Positions 39,781 through 52,091 of a stretch of 64,000 bases of DNA are shown piece by piece. The notes beneath the pieces are model-generated. The model searched no databases and was not told where the DNA came from. It saw only the letters and a list, made by a program, of their open reading frames with translations. Each line of letters begins with the position of its first letter. Within the stretch, counting starts at the first letter, position 1. The stretch comes from Octopus vulgaris (lineage: Eukaryota): assembly GCA_951406725.2 (NCBI GenBank), contig OX597827.1, positions 44,950,001 to 45,014,000 of the forward strand, in the 5' to 3' direction. The position numbers were made by a program, and so were the translations under genes.

Positions 39781-41155
39781 GAATACTTGGTAACCCTGGT
39801 CTATGTAAACAGCTAAATCTTCTGCACTATCTTTGAAACAGGGACCATACAAACCTGCCAGGTAGCTTTTACATTGACAGCATAGTTGTCTAATATGGCA
39901 GCGAAGATCTGCTGCAATATTTCAACAAAGGAAAGTAAAACAAACTTGTTATCGCCTTTACATGGTTACGAAAATCTGTTTCTCAATTCTGTGGTTTTGA
40001 GTTCAGTCCCACGATATGGAAACTCAGGCTGGTGCCTTTTCCTATGGCCCTGTGCCATCAAAGCCTTGTTAGTGAATATGGTAGATGGAAACTGAAAGAA
40101 GCCTGTCGTGTATGCGTGTCTTCTTGTTTTAACGTCGTAACATCAGGCAACAGCTGTAAACGAGCATCATCCTCATACAGGGAGTTATATGTTTCCACTC
40201 GTCTGTGAAAATAAGTCTGACCACAGGGAAATATCTTGATTGACACTATATTTTATTGCCCCCGGATGTTTGAAAGGCAAAACTGACCTCAGCAAGATTT
40301 GAACTCAGAATATAAAACGTCAGAAGAAATAACAGGAGGCATTTTCCTCAAAGCTTTAATGATTTTGTAAGCCTACGATACTTTCTATTTTTTTAAACTT
40401 TCATTTCAGAATAAACAACACCATCCAAAACAGAGTTATGTCCCTTGCAGGCAATTGTAATGAAAGCTGTATGGAGTTTTCTTTGTTCAATTTGGTTTTT
40501 ACTCGCTTTTACACGATCTACATTTTATCTTTCTCTATGGAATCGATAAAATAAGTAGCAGTAATGTGCTGCAGCCAATTCAACTAAATAGAACTTAATA
40601 TTTTTTGCTGAAAATAAATATACACTTTCCTTCAGTTCCTTAAAACTTTTGTGGGTTTGTAAGACAAACCCATCCTACATGCAAGGCTCATCCAACGAGC
40701 CTTACTCTTCTATAGATATCTTATGAAACTTACAGGGCTGAGTCAAGCTGTTATCAAATATTACATATGTAACTAAGGTGGAGAGCTGGCAGAATCGTTA
40801 GCCTAATGGGCAAAATGTTTAATGGCATTTCATATGGGTGCAAATTTTGCAGAGATCGACTTTGCCTTTCATTTTTTGGGGGTCAATAAAATAAGTACCA
40901 GATGAGCATTGAAGCCAATTTAGCCCTCAGTGGGACCCCAGTGAATTTTAAAAGTTATGCAACTTTTACATTTTTTATCTAAATAATTTTATATCTCATG
41001 ACTGTCTACAGTTTATGTATGCACACACAAATTTTAGTTAAAAATTTCCTGTCATATGGATGTTATTGCATAAAATATGGTCATTGGGATCCAATCGTAG
41101 ATCAACTCAAGCTAGATTAATTGAATGAGAAACAAGAACAATTATAAAATCTTAC

Positions 41156-41353
41156 CGTATCAAGACCAGGGAAGGTCTTCCCAAGCGCTGACTGTTGGGC
41201 TTTGATTGCTGCCAACACAGCAGTGGCAGCAGGTTGTGAGGAGAACTGTGCTAACTGGAACAGCTTAACAACCAGTCGATCCACAAGCCATAGATTTACT
41301 TCTTGGTGCTTACACACATCCATGTAAAAGGTCAGGACAAATGTGAACAGTTT
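41156..41353 (-). CDS. NOP14: NOP14 coding exon 13
   Basis: ttacag|AAA ... ACG|gtaaga; 198 nt; KLFTFVLTFYMDVCKH...LGKTFPGLDT. Confidence 0.9.
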
Positions 41354-41855
41354 CTGTAAATCAAACACAAAGGGATTATATGTATGTATGTTTAAATGCA
41401 TGTACCATAAATTCTCGAGTATAATAAGCAGGGGATTTTTAGGGGGTTGTACCTCTGAAAAACCTAAACCTTGTAAAGTTCATGTTAGCCAGTCTCTTTC
41501 CTTGCTTCAAATTCTTAGCTTTTCAAGATTGTCAGTCAGTTTGTCATTCAGCCATCCATCCATTTATTCATTCATGTATATTCATATGTATATGGGAAGA
41601 GTGCAATGGCCTAGTGGTTAGGGTGTTGCACTCCTGATCAAGAGATTGTGATTTTAATTCTTTGACTGAGTGGTACATTGTGTTCTTGAGCAAAACACTT
41701 CATTTCATATTACTCTGCAATCACTTCGACACCTGATGTGTAGCACACCATGCACCTGTTCAGGTAATGTCAATCACTATAAGCAAATCATTTATGCAGG
41801 TTTGTTCGGCAAACAATTGCAGAACCATTCATCTTTCTCAAGCTACAAGAGACTA

Positions 41856-41899
<44 letters not shown>

Positions 41900-42757
41900 T
41901 CACAGAGGCAATGACAAAAGACCGAGACCACTGGAGGTATGCTGCGACTGAGAAGACACGGCAAATAAATTGAGTTCACAGCCATAACCTACACCAGTGT
42001 TGCATAACCAGCCCACTCAAAAGTACCTTGGATCGTAGGGTGACATGGTGTGTTTGAGGAGACCTATTGAGCCAAATACATCAACATCAACAGCAATATC
42101 AAAATCAAATCAAATGGAAATTGTAGTTGTGAGCACCATCCAAACATGGCTGATGCCAGTGTCGCTTTGACTGGTTTCCGTGTCAGTGGCACGTAAAATG
42201 CACCATCCGATCATGGTCAATGCCAGCTCCACTGGCCCCCGTGCTGGTGGCACATAAAAAGCACCCACTACACTCTCAGAGTGGTTGGCGTTAGGAAGGG
42301 CATCCAGCTGTAGAAACACTGCCAGATCAGATTGGGGCCTGGTGCAGCCTTCTGACTTCCCAGATCCCAGTTGAACCGTCCAACCCATGCCAGCATGGAA
42401 AATGGATGCTAAACAATGATGATGATGATGATATATATATATATATATATATGTATGAATAATTAAAAAAAAGAGACAAAAACAAAAGAAGGATGCAACA
42501 CAAGCAAAGTATTAATACGACACTTGGAGAAGGAAAAGAGTAGTTGCTTTACGTTTCGAGCATAGCTCTTTTTCACAAACAGGGAGAACAGGAATTCCAA
42601 AAGGAAGAAGGACGAAAGAGGAAAGTAAAATCGCCAATAATCCATGTGCAGTTACACACACAAGTATATATGTATGTGTGTACATATGTATTTAGGTAGG
42701 TAGATAGATGGATAAGAATGAAATATATGTGTGTGAGTGTTTTTTTTTGTAACATAC

Positions 42758-42888
42758 CTCGAGCTTTGCCTTGTTACCATCACCTAAACTGGGATGGTTG
42801 CACTTCACTATCCGCTCGATGATGGTAATTTGGTCATTTGCAGAATGACCATCTAGTTCCGTCTTGAGTGCTTCATATGATTTTGGTA
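42758..42888 (-). CDS. NOP14: NOP14 coding exon 12
   Basis: tttcag|TA ... GAG|gtatgt; 131 nt; VPKSYEALKTELDGHSANDQITIIERIVKCNHPSLGDGNKAKLE. Confidence 0.93.
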
Positions 42889-43558
42889 CTGAAATTGAGA
42901 ACAACACATAGTCAAGCAAAACAATTAATAATATGCACCATAGAGAGCCACACTTTATAAGCTCCTAACAGAAAGAACATCTATCATTAGTTAGACTAGA
43001 ATTAGCTATACATTTCACACAAGTATACATCTACAGATACATATATACATATACACAAACACACACACACACTGAGCTTCCATACAGTTTCTGCCTACCA
43101 AATTTCACTCACAAGGCATGAGTGAATCTAAGGCTATATATTATGCAACCTCATATAGGTTTCAAATTGTTGCACAAGGCCAGCAATTTCAGGGGAGAGA
43201 GTAAGTCGACTAGATCGACCCATGTTCATATTCTTAGATTTTCAAAATTGTCTGTCAGTTTGTCATTCATCCATCCATTCATTCATTTATGCAGTCATGT
43301 ATATTCATATATATATATTGGAAGGACACAATGGCCTAGTGGTTAGGGTTTTGCACTCCTGATCAAGAGATTGTGATTTCAATTCTTTGACTGAGTGGTA
43401 CATGGTATTCTTGAGTAAAACACTTCATCTCATTTGCTCTGCAATCACTTCAACACCTGATGTGTGCCACACCGTGCCCCTGTTCAGGTAATGTCAATCA
43501 CTATAAACAAATCATTATTTACATTTGACAGATATTTGTCCTCATCTTGTTTGTTGTT

Positions 43559-43599
43559 AACACAACGTTTCAGCTGATATACCCTCCAGCCTTCATCAG
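43559..43599 (-). ncRNA. Minimal hammerhead core with intact ACGT palindrome, in an inverted Penelope terminal repeat
   Basis: Minus strand reads CTGATGA-A-GGCTG-GAGGGTATAT-CAGCT-GAAACGTT-GTGTT; the 5' helix I strand is truncated at the junction with the GIY-YIG fragment. Confidence 0.6.
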
Positions 43600-43910
43600 G
43601 CTTCGAGTAAAACCAACAACAGAAGAGAATATGACCAAAGACTACGTGTACTCCATCCCATACAGCTGTGGTAGGTTACACAAAGGCAAAACATGCTGCC
43701 CCCTCAAAATAAGGGTAGACGAACATCGCAAAGCTGTGACACGAGATATTGATAAATCAGGTTTAGCTGATCATGTATGGAAAAATGGAGACCACTTCCC
43801 CCTGTGGGATGAAGTGAAAATAATAGACAGAGATCACTACTGGAAAATACAAAAACTAAAAGAAGTAGCACATATGTTAGAACACAACAACCTCCTAAGC
43901 AGACCAAGCG
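43600..43910 (+). mobile_element. Penelope-like element GIY-YIG endonuclease fragment
   Basis: KDYVYSIPYSCGRLHKGKTCCPLKIRVDEHRKAV...KSGLADHVW...WDEVKIIDRDHYWKIQKLKEVAHM, matching the VY.IPC.CG..YIGET.R.L..R..EH...S.LA.H pattern of PLE endonucleases. Confidence 0.85.
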
Positions 43911-44061
43911 CAAAAGAGACCGATAGAATAAGTTCCAGGATAAAAAATTTAAAAAAAAAAAAAAGAAAGAAAACCACAATTAAAAATTCTCCAAAGTGGT
44001 GCCCCAGCATGGTCACAATCTAATGACTGAAATATAATGGTTAATATCTTAGTGAATTTAC

Positions 44062-44116
44062 CTTTGAATATAAATGGCAGTTCTTTCTTGGCTTTTTCTG
44101 ATATTTCTAACATTTT
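44062..44116 (-). CDS. NOP14: NOP14 coding exon 11
   Basis: tttcag|AAA ... G|gtaaat; 55 nt; KMLEISEKAKKELPFIFK (ELPF.F motif). Confidence 0.87.
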
Positions 44117-44766
44117 CTGAAAATGAATAAATCAGATCAATAGTTATTGTAACAACAGGATAGAACATGGTATCTGAAAATTCTAAAACCTAGGACCAAG
44201 TACCCCAGCCCCTTACACAAATATACCATCATCAGTTGTTTGACCATAGCCAGTTGAGCATGTCCCTTAGTGGCTGACAATATGTGCATCTCTGATCACG
44301 AGCAGAAGTAGTGGGGGAGCATCATAGTCATGTGCTGAGAGGGATTCTTTGGGGTTTGAATAATTCACCTTTGGAAACATGGGTGTCTTGTTCAACATCC
44401 TTAAACAACCCTTGACCAGGGACCTTTTGAGTGGGATGGGCTACTCGACCTGAAGAAATTTCTAACTGGGCCCCACCTGCAAGGTCATGTGTTGTTTATC
44501 TTGATATGAGATCACCATGTCACGCACATATGGTTGTGATGCATGTGTCTGGTGTACCCTTATCAGACAGGTAGTCATGGTGGGTATATTGGGCTTTGTA
44601 TATTTGTACCCCAATGGCACTTCGATGACATGCGCTTCTCTCACTGAATAATAATAATAATGATGATGATGATAATGATAAATCAGTGATTTCTGTGTAG
44701 GTGCTACAAAGAAGGAATGATCAAATCTACCATTTTCACATCAGTTTTGTCAGTGTTAATTCTTAC

Positions 44767-44885
44767 CTTGGCTTCAGCTTCTTCATCATCTTCATCTTTT
44801 TTATCAGTCGTACAATCCTCATTCTTCTCACTGTTTTCGGCTACCCCCTTTGATTTGTCTGTTTTAGCATCATCATCATCATCAT
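44767..44885 (-). CDS. NOP14: NOP14 coding exon 10 (acidic)
   Basis: ttatag|AT ... AAG|gtaaga; 119 nt; DDDDDDAKTDKSKGVAENSEKNEDCTTDKKDEDDEEAEAK. Confidence 0.82.
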
Positions 44886-44962
44886 CTATAAATTTGAACA
44901 GAAAAATCAAACAAGATATTTATTATTAAATAAATTTATTTATTAGTACATTACATGTTAAT

Positions 44963-45030
44963 TATACGACACGATCTGCGTCCTTACATTTTCGAACAAG
45001 GGAATGTAAGGACACAGATCGTGTCGTATA
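44963..45030. other. 68-nt hairpin (28-bp arms) in a NOP14 intron
   Basis: TATACGACACGATCTGCGTCCTTACATT / AATGTAAGGACACAGATCGTGTCGTATA, with one mismatch and a 12-nt loop. Confidence 0.85.
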
Positions 45031-45409
45031 GCCAGCTGGAGACGATGTCTCCTGGGACTAAATTACAGCAACATTAGTCCTAAACCAGGGCTGCCATGTT
45101 ATGTTGGCAGACAATCTTTACTACAAAGTACTGTAGCTGAATATCTCACGTTGTGAAATTAAAAAGATAGTATTTTTGTAAGATGATAAATTTGTTATTA
45201 TTAAACAGAAACATTATAAAAGTTCCAATCAAATACTAAGGTTGACGTCTTTGATTATATCCTGACCTGAGGTACCCCAATTTTGCCAGAATCATACCAA
45301 ACTACAGATTTCAAATCTTGCCCCAGCAAGTTCAATGACTTAAAACTGGTACAAGAATAAAACATGTGCAATAGAAAGTGAAAAAAAGTCTCATTAAAGT
45401 GAAACTCAC

Positions 45410-45645
45410 CGGAATATTGTTTAATACTATCTTTTTCATCATCATCTTCATCATCACTTTCGTCATCATCATTACTTTCGTCGTCATCATTACTTTCGTC
45501 GCCATCATCATCCTCTTCCTCATCGTTATCTTCACCATCTCCTTCCTCCTCTTCTTCATCATCTTTAAAATCGATGTCATCACTAAATTTTACAGACTTT
45601 TTGCCGTCTTTCTTTGATTTATCTTTCAGGATAGGTTGTAGAAAC
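45410..45645 (-). CDS. NOP14: NOP14 coding exon 9 (acidic tract)
   Basis: attcag|G ... G|gtgagt; 236 nt, phase consistent; FLQPILKDKSKKDGKKSVKFSDDIDFKDDEEEEEGDG...KDSIKQYS. Confidence 0.85.
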
Positions 45646-46603
45646 CTGAATCATGACAAAAAAAAAAAAAAAAAAAGATACCTGACAGGTTTTGAACTCA
45701 TCATCATTATCCTTATCGTTTTAATGCCTACTTTTCCATACTCATACGGGCTGCACAGAATTTGTCGAAGCAGATATTCTATGGCTGGATGCCCATTCCA
45801 TTGACAAACCTCACCTGTTTACAAACACGATAATATTCCTCCAGGAGGGACAGGTTTTCTCAGAAAATTAGAAATGAAGGACACTGCTTGTATAATGGTG
45901 ACACTTGTTTACAACTATCGTGCAATGCCAAGACAGTAACATCCTATCTCTTCCACCATCATCGTTTAACATCCGTTTTCCGTGCTAGCACGGGTTGGAC
46001 AGTTCGACCGGGGCCTGGGAAACCAGGAGGCTGCACCAGGCTCCAATCTGATCTGGCAGTATTTCTACAGCTGGATGCCCTTCCTAATGCCAACCACTTT
46101 GAGAGTGTAGTGGGTGCTCTTTACATGCCACTGGCACAGGTACCAGGGGAGGCTATATGCAATGGGCTTCTTTCAGTTTCCATCTACCAAATCTACTTAC
46201 AAGGCTTTGGTTGGCTTGGCACCATAGCAGAAGACACTTGATCAAGGTGCTACACAAAGGGACTAAACCTGGAACCAAGTGGTTGGGAATCAAATTTCTT
46301 ATCTACCCAGGTGCACCTGTGTGTGTATGCACACACACACAGAATGCAGCAGAAAACCCAGATGCTTTCAATCATTGAAGTGAAATGTAGGTTTTATTGC
46401 CACACTTTGTATATATAAGCAATATTGATTTTTGGAAACTAGAAATGGTTATTGAACAAATACACTGCGGAAATTCCAATTTTTTATTTTCTTCCTTTGA
46501 TGATTTGGTCCGGAGCATTTGGGATCATTGACAAGAAGGGAGAAAACTACAGGTGTAGTTATAAGCAACAAAGTGTCTTAGTTCTCTCTAGGATATCCTT
46601 TAA

Positions 46604-46823
46604 CCCTTTCGCTACTGTATTTATTTTGAGATGTTCTGTGTTTCTTTCAATTACTTTAAATATAACAAAGAATTTAGTAAAATAACTTAGTTATCATTCA
46701 GCTAGTGTTAGGAACATAAATTCTGACTAAGGTTTGGTGGAAGATTTTAATTCAAAATTTATGAAAAAGAGACATTTGTACTTAGAGCCAGAGCCAGTTT
46801 CAGCCAGGTTGGTTACGAAAAGG
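46604..46823 (-). mobile_element. piggyBac-like MITE (same family as 39085-39304)
   Basis: TTAA|CCCTTTCGCTAC ... GTTACGAAAAGG|TTAA; internal sequence is the reverse complement of the 39085 copy. Confidence 0.8.
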
Positions 46824-46987
46824 TTAACTGCAGTTATTCCTCAACATATAACATTATACATTCTCATTTCTGACAGAATCATCAGAGGATCTTAAAAGAG
46901 AGCTGACCAGCATTGCAAGCAAAACAACCAAAGGAAGAATTTCCAAGAGAAAGATCAAGTAAATACAGGAAACCCATTTCTACTCAC

Positions 46988-47079
46988 TGTTCATCTCCAA
47001 GAGCATCAGCTGATATAAATTGACGTTTCTTTTGTTTTTCAATTTCCCATGGTGCTTTCATCCTCAGTAAACGGTCTTT
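46988..47079 (-). CDS. NOP14: NOP14 coding exon 8
   Basis: ttgcag|AAA ... CA|gtgagt; 92 nt; KDRLLRMKAPWEIEKQKKRQFISADALGDE. Confidence 0.88.
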
Positions 47080-47559
47080 CTGCAAATATTCATGGTATGA
47101 GAATGAAAAGGACTTATTCAAAACACAAATTATTAATTAAATGCTGTAAATAAGAACACAGTTTTGTTTTACATGGCTGGATCCTTTTCATAATATTTAA
47201 ATCTACACTACTTTTTCTGATCAGATGTACAAGTGTCAGTGACCAAATGACTGTATAGACAATATTAAGCATAGCTTAAAAAAAAAAAAGGGAGGATCTT
47301 TGTACAAATTCAATCAGGTATTGTATGCACACATTTCTTTGAACAAGATACCAGACGACAACTGCAAATCATAGTGATCAAAATATAAATTAATATCAAT
47401 TACACATAAATATTTGTGAAGACATTATTTATCTTTCAAGACGATGTTAATAATCAGGAAAATTATAACTCTATTCTTATAATTCTTAATTTACCAATTA
47501 ACTGATTATTAGAGTTCTAGCCAAGTAGATGGGACTTAAGGCATTTATTACTAGATTAA

Positions 47560-47850
47560 TAGAATTTAGAAGGAGGGACCTGTAATGGCATAGACTGTTG
47601 TCATACAAGCTTAGTGGGTGGGGCTTATAATGGCATAAATTTTTGGTTTACAAGCTCAGTGGGAAGGACATGTAAAGGCACAGACTATTGTTTTACAAGC
47701 TTACTGGGTGGGACTTGTAAGGGCATAGCCTGCTAGTTTACAAACTAAGTGGGTAGGGCTTACAATGAGACAAATTATCAGTTTACTAGCTAAGTGGGTA
47801 GCAATCGTTATGGCACAAGCTATTGGTTAATTAAGTGGGTAGGACTAACA
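47560..47850. repeat. Degenerate 45-bp minisatellite, about 6 copies
   Basis: Unit resembles TACAAGCTTAGTGGGTGGGGCTTATAATGGCATAAATTTTTGGTT. Confidence 0.8.
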
Positions 47851-48090
47851 TCATTATCATCATCTTGCAGATCAAACACAGACACACATATATAATGGGC
47901 TTCTTCCAGTTTCTGTCTACCAAATCCACTCACGAGGCTTTGGTTGGCCCAAGGCTATAGTAGAAGATACTTGCCCAAGGTGCCATGTAGCAGGACTGAA
48001 CCCGGAACCATGTGGTTGGGGAAGCAATACCACACAGCCACGCTCTGCCTATTGCAGAAAATACATTAACTTCAGAGATGATAGACTTAC

Positions 48091-48159
48091 CTCAAGTTTC
48101 TCAAGTCTTTCCATTTCTTCTTGGGCAAGTTCCTTCTCAGATTTCATTTTGTTACTTGC
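48091..48159 (-). CDS. NOP14: NOP14 coding exon 7
   Basis: ttatag|GCA ... GAG|gtaagt; 69 nt; ASNKMKSEKELAQEEMERLEKLE. Confidence 0.9.
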
Positions 48160-48464
48160 CTATAATAGTAATAATAATAATAAATAACAACAACAACAAC
48201 AATAATAATAATAATAATAAATAATAATAATTATTATTATAATCCTTTCTACTGTAGGCACAAAGCCTAAAATTTGAGGGGAGGGGGCAAGTCGGTTAGA
48301 TTGACCCCAATGAGCTCAACTGGTACTTGTTTTATTAACCCTGAAAGGATGAAAGACACAGTTGACCTCAGCACAATTTTAGATTTCACACATTAAACAT
48401 TAAAAAAAATACACACCACAAATAAAAAGTGACAGAGGTGATATTGCAGAGGTTATACACTTAC

Positions 48465-48545
48465 CATTGCTCGAGCTTCAAAGACCAAAGATCTTACATT
48501 CATATCGTAATCATCGACTTTTCGTTTCGGTTCATCAAAGGATCC
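48465..48545 (-). CDS. NOP14: NOP14 coding exon 6
   Basis: tgttag|GGA ... ATG|gtaagt; 81 nt; GSFDEPKRKVDDYDMNVRSLVFEARAM (D-Y-D..VR.L.FE motif). Confidence 0.9.
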
Positions 48546-48708
48546 CTAACAACAGAAGTTTTAAAAAGTGTAAAAAAATCATAGGACAAAAACAAAAGAT
48601 ATAGAAGTAAAAAGTTACATATAAAATATAGAAGCAAGGAAGCCCAAACCTGGCTAACCCCCAAATTCTATTTTAACTAAGTCTATACAATAATGAATAA
48701 GACTTTAA

Positions 48709-48918
48709 CCCTTTAGAATTCAAACCAGCCAAACCTGGCCCAAATATTTTACTCGTTTTATGTTCAAACAGGCCAGATCCAACCTCTCACACCTACCCAA
48801 CAATGTCATTCTAAAAACAAAACTATCACACTATCAAAGCCCTGTAAGAGATAACACATAATTCATTCAAAACAATTTGACCAAATAAATTTGACAGAGT
48901 AATCTGAATGCTAAAGGG
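48709..48918 (+). mobile_element. Second TTAA-targeting MITE family
   Basis: TTAA|CCCTTTAGAATTCA ... TGAATGCTAAAGGG; relatives at about 95-302, 22141-22340, 31695-31851 and 36226-36450. Confidence 0.7.
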
Positions 48919-50466
48919 TCAAACTGCATCTTGTAGTGGGGCCTTAATATGGGAGTTCCAAGGTTTTGAGGAGTATGGAACCACCTCTTAGCAACTATTG
49001 TTCCTAGGTCTACTCTGACCCGGGATAGTGACACCTGTCAGGGTCCTGGCTATGGGTTAACTAGCATGGACACAACCCATTTCAAACCCAAGTTATGTCT
49101 GCTCTGAGAATCAACGAATCCTCTGCAATGGTTGACAATGTCAATATGAGTTGCTATGGATCATACTATCACAAAGTGTGTATGTATGTGATTGGGGACC
49201 TCATGGGCACTTGTGTTTCCACTGAAACTCTGAACATGAACTCTACACCTCAACAACGAATGATGACTACAGCTATGGCATCCATGCTTTCTGACATATT
49301 TCCTTTCCTGGTGGGGCATTTACCAAATTTAGAAGCTAGAATTTCTGCCACAGGTGGAAGCATTACTTTGCTTGCTGGATGTGGTCAGATTTTGTAAGGG
49401 ACATAGTGAACTCGTTGCTCGAAGCTGGCTCAACCCACCCTGAGTGGACACCACTGCATATATAAATACAAGTAATAATAAAAAAAATCAAACCCACAAA
49501 CCCAGTCAACTTATGCTACTCAGTTTAGCATCAATTGCTTGGTCCTTGGTTGTATTTGGTGTAGGCAACTCTTCCGCAAGCATTTGGAGAAGACTACTTC
49601 CTCTTGCTTTCCACCTACTTTCTCTTGCAAATGCTCAGTCTGGTCAGCAACCACATCAGTCTTCCTAATTTAAGGGTATCTTCAGAGGTCATGAGCACTT
49701 CTCTTGCCATAATTAAGATGTAACAAGCAAAAATGCCAGTTTACCCAAACAATGAGCAAGTCTCTAGAACAAGTCACAGGAAACCCCAAAAGCAGACAAT
49801 GGAGCTTTGTGCAGTCTTCTGACTTTTTGGCTCTTGCCAAACCATCCAACCCATGCCAGCATGGAAAACAGATGTTAAATGATGACACTTTCCTCACCAC
49901 AGTTATTTTTAGTTAGCATTTTACTTATATACATCATCATCTTTAATGTCCGTTGTCCATGCTGCTATGGGAAGTTTACCTAACTCATATATATATGCAT
50001 TCCATCGGTTATGATGACGAGGGTTCCAGTTGATCCGATCAACAGAACAGCCTGCTTGTGAAATTAACGTGCGAGTGGCTGAGCACTCCACAAACACATG
50101 TACTCCTTAATGTAGTTCTCAGAGAGATTCAGTGTGACAAGGCTGAGCCTTTGAAATACATGTACAACCCATTTTTGCCAGCTGAGTGGACTGGAGCAAT
50201 GTGAAATAAAGTGTCTTGCTCAAAGACACAATACGTCGTCAGTAATCGATCTCTTAACCTTACAAGAGTAAGCCAAACACCTTAACCAATAAGAGCCATG
50301 CTCATTTGCCCAGCTTTACTTGATGAAAAATAGCTCAACAGAAGACCTACGCCTTTCCATTATTTTGTTTCTATCTTGTCCATTAGCCCACCTGACCCTC
50401 AAACAAGAATCCTTGATCCACATTCAGTTTACCAAAACTTTATATAAGGTGAAGAGGCAACCTTAC

Positions 50467-50568
50467 CTTACTGTTTGAGTCAGACATGAGAAAACGGAGA
50501 GTCTTCCATTCGGAGTTGACCTGTTCAGTCATTCTAATGGTTTCCTCTCGAACTTGCTGCTGTTCCAT
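50467..50568 (-). CDS. NOP14: NOP14 coding exon 5
   Basis: ccacag|ATG ... AAG|gtaagg; 102 nt; MEQQQVREETIRMTEQVNSEWKTLRFLMSDSNSK. Confidence 0.88.
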
Positions 50569-50574
50569 CTGTGG

Positions 50575-51010
50575 TAGAAAGGATAAACCATGGAGTTATA
50601 ACACTGATATGCAAATGGTGAGATAAACACAATGAATGTATAAAAATGGGGAGATAAACCTTGGAGTGATAGCATGGATATATAAATAGTGGAGTAAACA
50701 ATAGATTTAAAATATAGGTACGAAGATCTGAGAAATCAGAGTCTTAACATGGCCATGCAGATGGTGAGATAAACAACAAAATGGAGTGATAACAATTGAA
50801 GATAAAGCATAATGATAACATATATATATATAGATGCAGAGATTGCATATGGAGTGATAATATGGGTATAAAGATGGTGAGATAAAGTAGAGTGATAACA
50901 TGGATAGATGAATGGTGAGATAAACCATGGAGTGGTAATATGGATTTATAGATGGTGATATAAACCATGGTGTGATAATCTGGATGTAATTAAATGGTAG
51001 GATAAATCAT
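50575..51010. repeat. Degenerate about 40-bp minisatellite, about 10 copies
   Basis: Unit resembles GATGGTGAGATAAACCATGGAGTGATAACATGGATATATA; abuts the acceptor of NOP14 exon 5. Confidence 0.8.
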
Positions 51011-51370
51011 ATCATAATTATGAAGACAAGGTAGTAGTGATGAGGTCAGGTCAAATTGCCCTAAAACTGACAGCAGAAAAGTTGTCCAAATTATTATTGT
51101 AATTACAATCCATTAATAAACTATTGACCATACCATTAGAGACAAAAATAACTCGTATTGTCATCAGATATCTTTTCCCAGGAGGTGTATCACCATCATC
51201 AGCATCTGTCTATGTTATAAGAAGATAGAAATTTTTTCTCCTCTCTTCCTACGTCCTGAAGGCCTATTTAAGAGTTTGTACTTATTGTACTTGACATATA
51301 TAAAAATCATGTTGTCATGTAGAGTGGTTGCCTATTAAGTGCCAGAATCTGATTCAGATCCTTCTACATA

Positions 51371-51532
51371 GGCGCAGGAGTGGCTGTGTGGTAAGTAGCT
51401 TGCTAACCAAACACATGGTTCCAGGTTCAGTCCCACTGCGTGGCATCTTGGGCAAGTGTCTTCTGCTATAGCCTTGGGCCGACCAAAGCCTTGTGAGTGG
51501 ATTTGGCAGACGGAAACTGAAAGAAGCCTGTC

Positions 51533-51612
<80 letters not shown>

Positions 51613-51805
51613 TTGTCCCTCTAGCATTGCTTGACAACCGATGCTGGTGTGTTTACGTCCCCATCACTTAGCGGTTCGGCAAAAGAGACCAATAGAATAA
51701 GTACTGGGCTTACAAAGAATAAGTCCTGGGGTCGATTTGCTCGACTAAAGGCGGTTCTCCAGCATGGCCGCAGTCAAATGACTGAAACAAGTAAAAGAGT
51801 AAAGA
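51371..51805 (+). mobile_element. SINE family A (young copy)
   Basis: Full-length copy with CpGs retained. Confidence 0.87.
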
Positions 51806-51960
51806 GTACCTCTTTTACTAAAATGCTATCTACTCTTGTAGGCAATGCCTATAACTTTTGTATGTCCTCCAAGACCAACCATAAATGGAAATACTACACA
51901 CACATGAACACACCTGTAATTATAAAGATAAATGAGCTGCTACCAAGACGTAGTAATTAC

Positions 51961-52091
51961 CTTTTCTTTACGAGACTGGGTGATCAATTCTTCCATTCGC
52001 TCTTTCCAAGGTTTCCTCTTACTCTCATCATCAGTGCCGTTAGCCTGAGTCAAGAAACCACCACCAAAATGTTCTTCAGCAATCATTTTAC
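51961..52091 (-). CDS. NOP14: NOP14 coding exon 4
   Basis: ttcaag|GT ... AAG|gtaatt; 131 nt; (G)KMIAEEHFGGGFLTQ...KPWKERMEELITQSRKEK (HFGGG motif). Confidence 0.9.
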
